Assembly (NCBI RefSeq): GCF_001194135.2
Contig: NC_068983.1
Span: 146,322,884-146,386,883, forward strand
Direction: 5' to 3'
Source of the DNA: Octopus bimaculoides
Taxonomy: Eukaryota
DNA: 64,000 bases
The notes below the pieces were generated by a model, which was not told where the DNA came from, did not search any database, and saw only the letters and a list, made by a program, of their open reading frames with translations. Position numbers and translations under genes: made by a program. Shown piece after piece: positions 39,316 to 51,100 of this stretch; position 1 is the first letter of the stretch; every line of letters begins with the position of its first letter.

Positions 39316-40366
39316 ATCTAACTGTCCAGTAGTAAAAAGGGGGAGTTTCTTTCAATTAATGGTTTGCAGTTAATTCACTACATGTCATGGTTTGCGTATT
39401 AAGACTTCGTCGCATATACAATGAAAATAAAAGAGATAAATTCGAATAAAGTATATAGAATCGAAGCATGATGCACATACCAATATACACATATATTATA
39501 TGCCCGCTCGCCAATTTCCACTTCAATAGTAAATTGTTACCGGCATAGAGGGAAAGTAAAAAGGAAAAAAAGAGAAAAACTTGATGCTTGTTTACCGAAA
39601 GAACATACTATAGTTCCCATTAGACTATTTATTAAAACCTAAGTAGTTAAATATATAGATTGATTCTTTTTACTGGAGTAAATTTACTAGCAATATATTT
39701 CCAACAGAATGAGACATGTTTATATAAAGTATTTGCCTGGCTATTAAACACAAAATTCTGAACTGACTTCAGATGTTAACCGTCCATCTATAAATACTCT
39801 AGCAGTTATTACGATATGAAATTGTATGAGATTAGGTAAATCTTTCGAGAGAGAACAAAATGAACCGAGCTAAGGTAAATGAGTAAGTGGATTGGAAGAG
39901 GTGTGCCGAGTAGAACCGGAGCAATTATAATGTGTTAGTTACCTTTTAACTCGAGTACATGGGGTACATAGTGATTACGATAGTACGAGATAACAATTTA
40001 GTTGACGTTTGGGACACTTAGAGTAATACATAAGACAAACAAGAGCATTGAAACATAAACAGTAATTAAGTTCTCGCTAGAAATTTCTAGCTTCTGTTTA
40101 CTACTACGTTTTATAATATAGACTTCTGGAACGAAGAAATAAGGAGAATAATTGTTCTGGTGTGATGAATAAATAAACGAATCAAACAAATAGGTTCCAA
40201 ATGACATAATGTGTCAATGACCATAACCGACTCAATGTTTTTGTTTTTGTATTTTCCTGAAACGAGGAAGTTATAAATGTAGACAGAATATAAAGCATTA
40301 TTTGGAGTGGGAATGAAAATAGAAAAAGATAGTAACATATATATATATGTATATATATATAATAAA

Positions 40367-40402
<36 letters not shown>

Positions 40403-40412
40403 TTCTACTTAC

Positions 40413-40576
40413 AGAATACCACTACATGACGTGCAAACATAAGAGCCAATAGTCATATTCACATAGGTTGGTCCACGTTGGTGACAGTCAAAGCACTGTT
40501 TATTTTGAGACAGAGCTACCATATCACGTAACATTTTAAGGTGTTTTTCATCTTGACGTCTCTTGTTAGTCGCCAT
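40413..40576 (-). CDS. AGFG1: First coding exon of ArfGAP domain and FG repeat-containing protein 1 (AGFG1/HRB/drongo-like)
   Basis: Translates MATNKRRQDEKHLKMLRDMVALSQNKQCFDCHQRGPTYVNMTIGSYVCTSCSGI-L. It has the ArfGAP C-x2-C-x16-C-x2-C zinc finger and closely matches the known AGFG1 N-terminus (KRKQEEKHLKMLRDM...CFDCDQRGPTYVNMT.GS.VCTSCSG). ATG context is CAAGATGGCG. The 164 nt (54 codons + 2) are followed by a GTAAGT donor at 40412-40407 (phase 2). Confidence 0.93.
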
Positions 40577-40720
40577 CTTGCTATACGAGAAACTAAAACA
40601 GCGTTCCGTATGTCTACAAGTGTATCCAAGGGAGGTAAAACTAACTTGAAAGGCACAGCCAGCAGGGGGCGATAGTAGTAGTAATTCATTCTTAAAACGT
40701 GTTTGTAGTAAAAACTTTTG
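40570..40720 (-). promoter_or_regulatory. Putative AGFG1 promoter/5' UTR with YY1-like and CTCF-like motifs
   Basis: CAAGATGGCG (YY1-type) overlaps the ATG, and GCCAGCAGGGGGCG (CTCF core-like) lies at 40658-40671 on +. CpGs are visibly more frequent here than in the flanks. The TSS cannot be determined. Confidence 0.55.
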
Positions 40721-41062
40721 AAACAACTTCCAAAAACTGTGTCATTTCGAGATGAATCTAAATCACACGCATTGATCCCATGCGAGCCACAGAAAATATA
40801 TTTTGAATAAAAAATACATTTCTGAATTTTGTAGTATGCATTTTTTATTATCACATATATAAAAGCTTGTAAATATTTAGATATATTTGTAAATATAATA
40901 TATATAGAATAAAACAAGACATAAAATTGTTTCGAAGTCACTATCAACCTTTTCCTTAGTTAAGTTAATATGTACTCTACTAAAAACTATTCAATAATTC
41001 TTCATTTTAACGTTGAATTATTTTTATATATAACTTGACAAAAACAAACACATATACATACA

Positions 41063-41154
<92 letters not shown>

Positions 41155-41180
41155 TATATATACAGAGAGAGAGAGAGAGA
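41063..41180. repeat. Compound microsatellite (TATC)n(TA)n(CA)n(GA)n upstream of AGFG1
   Basis: Read directly from the sequence. Confidence 0.95.
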
Positions 41181-42639
41181 GAGGCAGTGATGCAGATAAA
41201 CACAATTAGGCTTGACATGTGTATATATAGATATATATACATATAGACACATATATCAAGATATATTCAGAACAATGAACCCATAAATACACATACATAC
41301 ATACATAAATACATACATACATACATACATACATATTTGAAATACCGATTGCCAAAGATGAAAGCGAAAGCTTCAAAAACCAGTGTGTGACAAGTGGTAT
41401 TTTTACCCTTCTTTTATTCAAATATTTCATATTATACCTATTAAGATAGAATTCTTACTAATCGTCTCATTATTACTGCTTTTAACAGCAATAATGCTTT
41501 TATATAGTTACTTTTTATTATATATATACACATACATTTCCATAGAACATAAAAATATAAAGAAGGAAATACATAATTTCTTAACTCGACGGCTGTTTCA
41601 GGAAGCTCATATTCATGTAATAATCGTAATGATCATAATCATTTTTTAAGATATTGAATCCTTTTATCAACAGAGATAATAATTTCATATATATATATCA
41701 TGTATGTATATAATACATATATAATATTAAAACCACATTAAACTACAAATCCAAAACCAAAGGAAACACAAATATGAATGAAGAAAGAAAAAAAAGAAGA
41801 AAAGGGAAACATAGGAAGAAAAAAGAAGAAAGAAAAGAAAACAAATCAATTCATAATTTACAGATGGAATGAACAAAAAGTCTTGGGTATGCAACCAGTA
41901 AACAGATATATTACCATAAGTTTGGATCCCAAGCTTACTTGTGTTTATCTGCATCACTAAATTCCATATCAACATGCCTTGGATTTCCTTTATAACCACT
42001 CTTGATGCCACGGATCTAGTCCTGGATGAAGAAGTCAGAGTTTAAGTTCAAATTAATGTGAATACTGCTGTGTGTTTTCTATATTGAGCATATCTAGCTC
42101 ACATCTATAATCTGTATGTATCATATACATATGTTTATTTATAAAACCATATGAGGTATGAGAGGTGAATGTGTATTTATTTAGCCATGTGACTTCCACA
42201 AGGGTTACAGCTGTTTCGCTACCTTCTTCATGTTGTGCTAATATCTGTATGGAAGAAATTATGTGTACATGTTTGCATTAATATATATGCTCAGCATTAT
42301 ACAGTGCAATTGTATATTCACAAATTAATGCAAATAAAGAAAGCTAGCTCATCAGATCATTTGAACATGAGTTGAATTACTGGTGTAACTATGATGTTCC
42401 AATGATCTAATGAGCAAGCTTTCTTGATTTGCATTAATCTTTGAATATACAGTTGTAATGTATAATGCTGAACATATATAATGCAAACATGTACCTATAA
42501 TTTCGTTCTAACTGAAATTAATACTACTTAAAGAAGGTTGCAAAATGGTTGTAATCCCATGGAAGTTGCATAGTTAAATAAATATATATTTACCTCACAC
42601 ATCTGCTGATTTTATGGGGTTTTTTACACTGCCATTGAT

Positions 42640-43600
42640 TGGATCTTCTGGATTTTCAGTCACATGGACACTCTACGTTACATTTCTTTATAATTGATTG
42701 CAATATGGAATGTTAGCCAAGTCCATATGAGGAGCTTTCTGAGATATCTGCATGATTCTCTGAATCCATATCTTATATATGTATGCAATCAAATGGTTTG
42801 CATGAGTACAGACATAGTCAACATTACAGGTGAAAAGAAAGGTATCATTGCATGAATTGGAAAGCCATCAGGTGAGACTGGGTTTCAAAATCATGGGTGT
42901 GGTTGCAGAGGTGATGAAGGCACAGGAATTTTGAATAGGAAATTCAAGGTGGTTGAGGTGGTGGGGGATGAAGTCAAGATAAGAGTGAGAGATGGTTCTT
43001 TTATAGAAAACAGATGTGGAGAGGAAGTTGTTTAGATAATCTAACGGTAACAGAGATGTTATGGAAATTGACAGAGAGAGAGTGAAGACAGTAGAAGAAT
43101 TGAACTCAACACTTAAGGGGATGCAATTGAAGAAGGTGATGAGTTTAGTATGGGTGAAAAAGGTGGCTCTGGTATAATCATCAATGTGCCTACAACATAT
43201 AGTTTAGGAATAGGACCAGTGGACTGAGCAAAGATTTGAGCCACAACTGAACCTACAAAAAGGCTAGCATAGTTTGGGCCCACCCTAGTTCTGACAGTTT
43301 CCTCAGTGACCTGCAGGTAAAATTTGCTGTTGAAAGAGAAACAATTCAAAGTAAGTTCAAGCTCTGCAAAGCAGAGGAGACTAGAGGTGTTGGGCTTGAG
43401 GACAGTGTGATAGACTCAGAAGTACTTGAGGGAGAGAAGACCATCACAGTTATCCCCATATAAGTGTCATTAACGCATTCTGCAATGCCTGTAATATCAT
43501 TTGCATCTTTGCACTCATGCTCTGTAACACTCACCTTTGACCATTTGCCCTTTCCCCTTACCTGCCACATTTAGTAGTGAAGATCCTTTTTGTATAATAA
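42640..43600 (-). mobile_element. Penelope-like element RT (and decayed downstream) fragment
   Basis: Minus strand HLYG..DGLLSLKYF...LLCFAELELTLNCFSFNSKFYLQV....RTRVGPNYASLFVG...RHIDD. This matches the Penelope RT LAELVLTLN.FSF...Y.Q..G.AMGT.MGP.YA.LF.G and YIDD motifs. Confidence 0.85.
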
Positions 43601-44532
43601 GTTACAAGGCAAATTCACTTGTGTATGTGTGTGTGTGCATACACGCATGTGTGTGTGTGTGAGTGTGCATGCATGTCTATGTATTTAGTAAGTCTTTTGA
43701 GTGTGTGCTTGGGTTTGCTTACTACACTGTTTGTACCCATGTCTTTTACTTATTTTTTGTTTTTTTATTTGTTAATTTATTTACTTATTTTTTCTCATTC
43801 TGTCTTAAGTATGTGTCTTGTGTGTGTATACTATTTCCAATATACATGGAAGTAGTAATTAAGCTCAATATGTAAGAAAGAAGCAATAAAGTACTTGCTA
43901 ATCAATGAGTGTACTCAGTGCAAATGAGAGCACAAAAGATACTGGGGGTCTCTGGGGAATTGATAGGGAATAAAGAGTTCAAATTTGAGGAGGTAATAGA
44001 GCAGGAGTGCACAAAATATATTTGAATATTCATGAAATATTCTGATTGTTCACTGGAGTAACAGATAAATTTGGTCATTTAGGTTACATAATTAGAGACA
44101 GATGGGGTTGTATTGACTATATGTAGTTTGAGCAAGAAAGAAAGGAAAGAAGTTCAAGAAGTTATTACTTTTATTGGCAACAAAGGGGCTTTGAAACACT
44201 GCTTGGCAGTGTTTTACCCTTTCTCCATTGAGTGAGCAAGAAAACTATTAACCAATAAGGAAGTCTCTATATCAGACATGGGCAAGATGCAGCCTGTAGG
44301 ACTTTCTGAATGGTATGCCACTAAAAAATTACCTTGAATATTTTTAATAGAGTAGCTCATCTGATGATAAGCCAAGACTCATGTAGCCCACTTCTCAAAA
44401 AAGTTGCCTGTGGCTGCTCTGTAGAATGACTCTACCTACTGGAAATAACAACCAAATAATCCTCATACTATTTTTAAAATGAAAATACATACTGGTTAAT
44501 GTAGTCTTAGGTACACTATACTTAGAAAAACA

Positions 44533-45254
44533 GGGATCTTTTTTAAAACGGGGGCCACATTTTTCATTAATGTTTTACGTAGTGTTTTTGGTAGCGAAAG
44601 ACTTTCAAACTTCGTATACTTATCTATTTTGTGTTATAGAACAGAAAAATATTTTTGTATTCGAATTTATTTCATGTAAAAAATTGTCTTATTTCGATAA
44701 TTTCAACCAATCACTGACAAGTATTCAGTTGTTTAGATTTACTCCTTTGGCTGATTAAGCGATGTAAAGCGTATTTAATCTCCATACCTTCGTTTTATTT
44801 GCTTTTTTCATTTTAAATTTGCTTTAACCCTAACCCTAACCCTAACCCTAACCCTAGGGTTAGGGTTAGGGTTAGAGTTAGGGTTAGGGTTAGGGTTAAT
44901 TGTTTNNNNNNNNNNNNNNNNNNNNNNNNNNNNNNNNNNNNNNNNNNNNNNNNNNNNNNNNNNNNNNNNNNNNNNNNNNNNNNNNNNNNNNNNNNNNNNN
45001 NNNNNNNNNNNNTAATTGTTTCAGAATCGTTTGTTTATGTAGTCGGCACTTAATGTATATCGGCTGAATGGACGTCAGTGATTGGTTGAAATTACAGAAA
45101 TACGACAACTTTAACATGGAATAATTTATGGATTTCTTTTTTTTTTAAGAAGACTAAGAGAAAAAGATGTTTTATATGACACATTCTACCAGTGTTCCAA
45201 GTTTCAAAGTGTTTCGTTAATGAAAAATGTGGCCCCCGTTTTAAAAAAGATCCC
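44533..45254. mobile_element. Palindromic non-autonomous DNA transposon (MITE) with internal telomere-like repeats
   Basis: Perfect 38-bp TIR GGGATCTTTTTTAAAACGGGGGCCACATTTTTCATTAA, AACA on both flanks, and an internal inverted 21-mer TAATTTCAACCAATCACTGAC. Contains an N gap at 44906-45012. Confidence 0.88.
44825..44898. repeat. Inverted interstitial telomere-like repeat (TAACCC)5-TA-(GGGTTA)7
   Basis: Read directly; one unit is GAGTTA. Confidence 0.97.
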
Positions 45255-46007
45255 AACAATAACAACCAAATGTACTCTACCTTGATTTCAACTCACTTTA
45301 TAACAATGGCAACAAATTTTATTTTCATACAAAAAAAGTGAAGCAGTAATAGTGAGTGTGATGAAGCATGATAATGAGGTGTGGGCATTGAATGAAGAAG
45401 TTCTATGAAAGTAGAAGAGAAATGTATTGAATATGATTCATTGAATGTATTTATTGACATATATAAATGACACACATAGGCTGAGAGAGTGACTGAGCAT
45501 TAAAGATAAGAGTCGACATAACTGGAGAGATGACTGTATTGGTATTAATATGAGATATTGAAGATGAGTATTAGGAGAATAAGTATACTGCCTGGGAAAT
45601 AGGTAGAATACTGCCAAATCAGCTCTGACTGAGTAGACGTTCAATCAAAGGAAGTCCAGCTTTGACCATCCCATATTTATATTTTGACACAAAATGTATC
45701 TATTAGTTGATCATGTAGGACTACATTAGATGATAAGGTATGATTCAAGAAAGATTTGGTCGATGTTTCCAGCAGGTCAACTGTCCACAAAGACTCTCAC
45801 ACAATGCATGGTTACAGATGAAGACAAGTTGTAATACGCCATATAATAGACAAGTTCAAATCATGTCAACAATGAGAAAATGAGAAATAGCTTTAACTGA
45901 TAATAAATATTAAGCTTTGCTGATTGAAGCTTATCTCTGCTCTATAAAATTCATGATTTGTTTTAAGTTGGAAGTTGTGATGTTCATGCTTTGTTAAATG
46001 CAATAAT

Positions 46008-46625
46008 CCTTTAGCACTCAGATTACTCTGTCAAATGTAATGCTTATCTATTCATATCGTTTTGAATTAATTATGCATTATCTTTTAGCTTAGCAATTTC
46101 GATGATGTGATTGTTTATTTTCAGAATGACAAATCAGGATATGAGTGAGAAGCAGGATCAGGTCAGTTTAAACATAAAACAGGTAGAATATTTGGGCTAG
46201 ATGTTGTTGGCTCTCCATCACTTACGACGTCAAGGGTTCCAGTTGATCTGATCAACGGAACAGCCTGCTCCTGAAATTAACGTGCAAGTGGCTGAGCACT
46301 CCACAGACACGTGTACCCTTAACGTAGTTCTCGGGGGGATTCAGCGTGACACAGTGTGACAAGGCTGACCCTTTTAATTACAGGTACAACAGAAACAGGA
46401 AGTAAGAGTGAGAGAAAGTTGTGGTGAAAGAGTACAGCAGGGTTTGCTACCATCCCCTGCCGGAGCCTTGTGGGACTTTAGGTATTTTCGCTCAATAAAC
46501 ACTCACAACGCCTGGTCTGGGAATCGAAACCGCGATCCTATGACCGCGAGTCCGCTGCCCTAACCACTGGGCCATTGCACCTCCACTTGGGCCAGATATG
46601 GCTGGTTTAAATGCTAAACGGGCTA
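46008..46625. mobile_element. piggyBac-type MITE interrupted by a SINE
   Basis: Ends TAATCCTTTAGCAC and AATGCTAAACGGGCTAA resemble TTAA|CCCTTTAGCA...TGCTAAAGGG|TTAA. Confidence 0.55.
46205..46586 (-). mobile_element. Full-length tRNA-derived SINE (tRNA-Arg-like head)
   Basis: Head GTGGAGGTGCAATGGCCCAGTGGTTAGGGCAGCGGACTCGCGGTCATAGGATCGCGGTTTCGATTCCC has A and B boxes and a TCG anticodon-like loop. Degenerate 13-bp TSD TTGGGCTAGATGT / TTGGGCCAGATAT; CpGs are retained. Confidence 0.88.
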
Positions 46626-47479
46626 ATGCTAAAAATGAAGTGAAATAGTTCCAAACAGCAAAGCTGAGTTATAAACCCAGCCAGCTCAAAGCTTAACTCT
46701 GCACTTCAGCACTAATACCTTAAGTATTCAGTACAAATGCTACTTATTATCATACCAAGAGTAACAAATAAATGTTGCTTTAACTAGGAGCACAACACAG
46801 TGGTTGACATAAGGTATGGATTTATGACTAATGTGGTCAATATTCCAGGCCATTAAGCTCATAGTTATTTTTCAATAAATAGAGTCTTTAACAAAGATCA
46901 GAGCAAGATAAAATGCATGATTATTAAATCTACATATTTAGCATTATGACTATTGTACATGAGAGCACCAATGAGAAATATGATAGACTGCTTTAGATGC
47001 AAAATCAAGTAAGTTTAAATCTCAGAAATGACATTGGTTTTATATTCCTATATAAATCTATGATTCAAGTTAAAATTATATACCAGTTTGGATATGTGAC
47101 TGACAGAATTATTCAAAAAATGTTTACGTTAACATAGAGATATATCCACACACACACACACACAAAAAAAAGAGATGGGAGAGTATGGTAAAGACAGGGG
47201 AGATAACCAAGTGAAAGGCACATTGATAGAAGGTCAGTGACCAGAGTCAGAGTGAAATTTGGAGGGGAAGGACAATAATGAATTAAACAGAGGGTAATTT
47301 GCATCCTAGATGAGGAAAGTGGGATAAAAGCTGCAACTGATATTGAAACACTATGATTATGTAAACATGTGTATCAACTGTACCAATGTACATAAACACA
47401 TTAATACAATCAATTTAGGAAAATAGAAATTATTTTTATTTGTTTTGATAAGGAAGAAAATGTATTGCACAGAAGTAGG

Positions 47480-48068
47480 NNNNNNNNNNNNNNNNNNNNN
47501 NNNNNNNNNNNNNNNNNNNNNNNNNNNNNNNNNNNNNNNNNNNNNNNNNNNNNNNNNNNNNNNNNNNNNNNNNNNNNNNNNNNNNNNNNNNNNNNNNNNN
47601 NNNNNNNNNNNNNNNNNNNNNNNNNNNNNNNNNNNNNNNNNNNNNNNNNNNNNNNNNNNNNNNNNNNNNNNNNNNNNNNNNNNNNNNNNNNNNNNNNNNN
47701 NNNNNNNNNNNNNNNNNNNNNNNNNNNNNNNNNNNNNNNNNNNNNNNNNNNNNNNNNNNNNNNNNNNNNNNNNNNNNNNNNNNNNNNNNNNNNNNNNNNN
47801 NNNNNNNNNNNNNNNNNNNNNNNNNNNNNNNNNNNNNNNNNNNNNNNNNNNNNNNNNNNNNNNNNNNNNNNNNNNNNNNNNNNNNNNNNNNNNNNNNNNN
47901 NNNNNNNNNNNNNNNNNNNNNNNNNNNNNNNNNNNNNNNNNNNNNNNNNNNNNNNNNNNNNNNNNNNNNNNNNNNNNNNNNNNNNNNNNNNNNNNNNNNN
48001 NNNNNNNNNNNNNNNNNNNNNNNNNNNNNNNNNNNNNNNNNNNNNNNNNNNNNNNNNNNNNNNNNNNN

Positions 48069-48069
<1 letters not shown>
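47480..48069. other. Assembly gap (N run)
   Basis: Continuous N. Confidence 1.
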
Positions 48070-48099
<30 letters not shown>

Positions 48100-48105
48100 G
48101 TAGCA

Positions 48106-51100
48106 CGGAACTGTAACAGACAGCCAGAAGAGAAGCTAGGAGAGAAGTATTTCTAGCCAAGGGAGAAGCAGAAAAGAAGTTTGCCTATGTTCAGTGTCAT
48201 GAGGATCAAGAATTGAAGTGTTTCGGATTGCAAGACAGTGTGTGAGAGAAAATTGTGATGTCATAGGAAAGAAACATGTCTGCATGGATGATGGTACTCT
48301 TGCATTTAATGATTTTGCAAAGAAAGAGGCTTGGAAATGCCATTGTGAAAGACTGCTGAAGGTGGAGAATGAATGGGAGGAGGAGAGCCTGCCAAATTGA
48401 CAGTACCTTGGTAGATAAAGCAATTAAGGATATGAAGACAGGGAAAGCCCCCAGCCCATCATGAATTACTGCTGAGATGCTTAAAATATTTGGCGGTGTG
48501 GATTATGGTCCAGTCACCTATATTATAAATCAGGTTGTAAGGAACGACCGTGCGAACTCAAAGGAGAAATGGTGACGAATGGAAGAACAGAGGACTCCTT
48601 TTATTTAAACGTGTCACACGGTCGAACACACAAACATATATATCAATTGATGATATACTTGATATGTTATACGACGATAACATATGTGACCAGTAATGAA
48701 AGACCACAACCGTATTAGATGAATAACAGAGATATTTATTATGGCGTTAAAGATGTATGTCTGTGTGTGAGTGTGAATGCGACATATAAGAACATAATCA
48801 AAGACAGGCTGTCATACAAAGAAAAGTATGTATGTGAGTGATACATGTGTGTGTATGTGAAATATTACAGCAGAGAAAGAGTCAATAACACGTGAGCAAT
48901 TATACCAGTTCTTGGGTACACNNNNNNNNNNNNNNNNNNNNNNNNNNNNNNNNNNNNNNNNNNNNNNNNNNNNNNNNNNNNNNNNNNNNNNNNNNNNNNN
49001 NNNNNNNNNNNNNNNNNNNNNNNNNNNNNNNNNNNNNNNNNNNNNNNNNNNNNNNNNNNNNNNNNNNNNNNNNNNNNNNNNNNNNNNNNNNNNNNNNNNN
49101 NNNNNNNNNNNNNNNNNNNNNNNNNNNNNNNNNNNNNNNNNNNNNNNNNNNNNNNNNNNNNNNNNNNNNNNNNNNNNNNNNNNNNNNNNNNNNNNNNNNN
49201 NNNNNNNNNNNNNNNNNNNNNNNNNNNNNNNNNNNNNNNNNNNNNNNNNNNNNNNNNNNNNNNNNNNNNNNNNNNNNNNNNNNNNNNNNNNNNNNNNNNN
49301 NNNNNNNNNNNNNNNNNNNNNNNNNNNNNNNNNNNNNNNNNNNNNNNNNNNNNNNNNNNNNNNNNNNNNNNNNNNNNNNNNNNNNNNNNNNNNNNNNNNN
49401 NNNNNNNNNNNNNNNNNNNNNNNNNNNNNNNNNNNNNNNNNNNNNNNNNNNNNNNNNNNNNNNNNNNNNNNNNNNNNNNNNNNNNNNNNNNNNNNNNNNN
49501 NNNNNNNNNNNNNNNNNNNNNNNNNNNNNNNGGGGCCGTGATTGGTCAGTTTGCGTTCTGGCGGGAAAGGTTCGAAGAATTTGCTGCTTCAAATAATAAT
49601 CAGTCACGTGATGACAAGGCTGGTGTTTTCCCCTACGTTCGCGTTTGTTTATATTTAAATGAGAAGAATGGCGATAGCAGTTTTGTATCTAATGGCGGGA
49701 GGTAGTTTCACTACAAGGTGGTTCATGAAGGAGTCATACCCAATGACTGGTGTAGCAGTACCATAGTCAACTGCTACAAAGGTAAAGGTGATGGTCTAGA
49801 TAGAAATAATTATAGAGGTATCAAATTGTTGGATCAGGTGATGAAAGTTATGGAGTGGGCCATGACTCAACTAATAAGGGAGAGAGTTAGTTTAGATGAG
49901 ATGCAGTTTAGTTTTGTGCCAGAGAGAAGCACCACTGATGCTATATTTCTGGTAAGGCAGTTGCAAGAGAAATACATACCCAAAATAAACCTCTGTACTT
50001 GGATTCTGTTGACTTGGAGAAAGCCTTTGATAGCACAATATCCCTTATCTGGTGGTCAATGCAGAAACTAGGGATAAATGAGTTGTTGGTGAGAGCTGTA
50101 CAAGTCATGTACAGGGACACTACCAGTAAGGTGAAGGTTGGTGATGGGTTCAGCAAAGAATTCTGGGTAGAAGTAGGGGTTCACCAAGGGTTGGTCCTCA
50201 GCACCCTCTTGTTCATCATAGTCCTCCAGGCAATAACAGAGGAATTTGAGACAGGCTGCTCCTGGGAGCTCCTCTATGTTGATAACCTTGTTTTTATAGC
50301 TGAATCACTATCAGAACTAGAGAAGAAGTTCCCGGTATGGAAGCAAGGTCTAGAATCAAAGAGCCTTAGAGTTAACCTAGCAAAACCCAAATTTTTAGTA
50401 AGTAGGAAGGCAGACAGATCGCAAATCCCTTCAAGTAGATGGCCCTATTTGATCTGTAGAAAAGACATAGGTAGAAACTCCATAAGACGTACCCAGTGTA
50501 AGCTTGGGACACAGAAGAGGTGCCTCAATATCAGAGGAAGGTTAACAGGGAAAATAGCTTTTGTGTGTGGAAGATGCACAGGTACAATAAACACCAAAAG
50601 TGTACAGAAAATAGACTTCATCAACAGCCAGGGGTTTAAGCGAGAGATACTAGATAGCTTCTATTATCTAGGTGACCAAGTTAGTAGCAGAGGTGGATGC
50701 TCCAAAAGTGTAGCTGTGAGAATAAGATTAGATAGAAGTTCAGAGAGCTCCTGCTTCTACTGGCAACAAAGGGCCTCTCTCTCAGTATGAAAGACAGATT
50801 GTATGATGCCTGTGTGTGAACAGCTATGCTACATGGCAGTGAAATATGGGCTGTGACAGCTGAGGACATGCATAGAAATGAAGCCAGTATGCCTTGCTGG
50901 ATGTGCAATATCAGTGTGCATGTTCAACAGAGTGTAATCTTCTTGAGAGAAAAGTTGGGCATCACTGGCATCAGATGTGGTGTGCAAGAGAGATGACTGC
51001 TGGTATGGTCATGCAATGCATATGGACAAGGACAGCTGTGTAAAGAAGCACCAATCTCTAACTGTGGAGGGAATATGAGATAGAGGTAGACTATGGAAGA

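Noticed and set aside
40409-40726. 105-aa ORF starting MFQKFLLQ as the AGFG1 N-terminus
   Set aside because: Homology starts at MATNKRR (ATG at 40576, in a strong context). The upstream part is an open 5' region, and the ORF end runs through the splice donor.
44825-44898. Ancient telomere-telomere fusion site
   Set aside because: A fusion gives (TTAGGG)n-(CCCTAA)n. Here the order is the reverse, and the repeats lie inside a TIR-bounded element.
46510-46586. tRNA-Arg gene
   Set aside because: The tRNA-like head continues into a SINE body with a TSD, and the acceptor stem is not properly formed.
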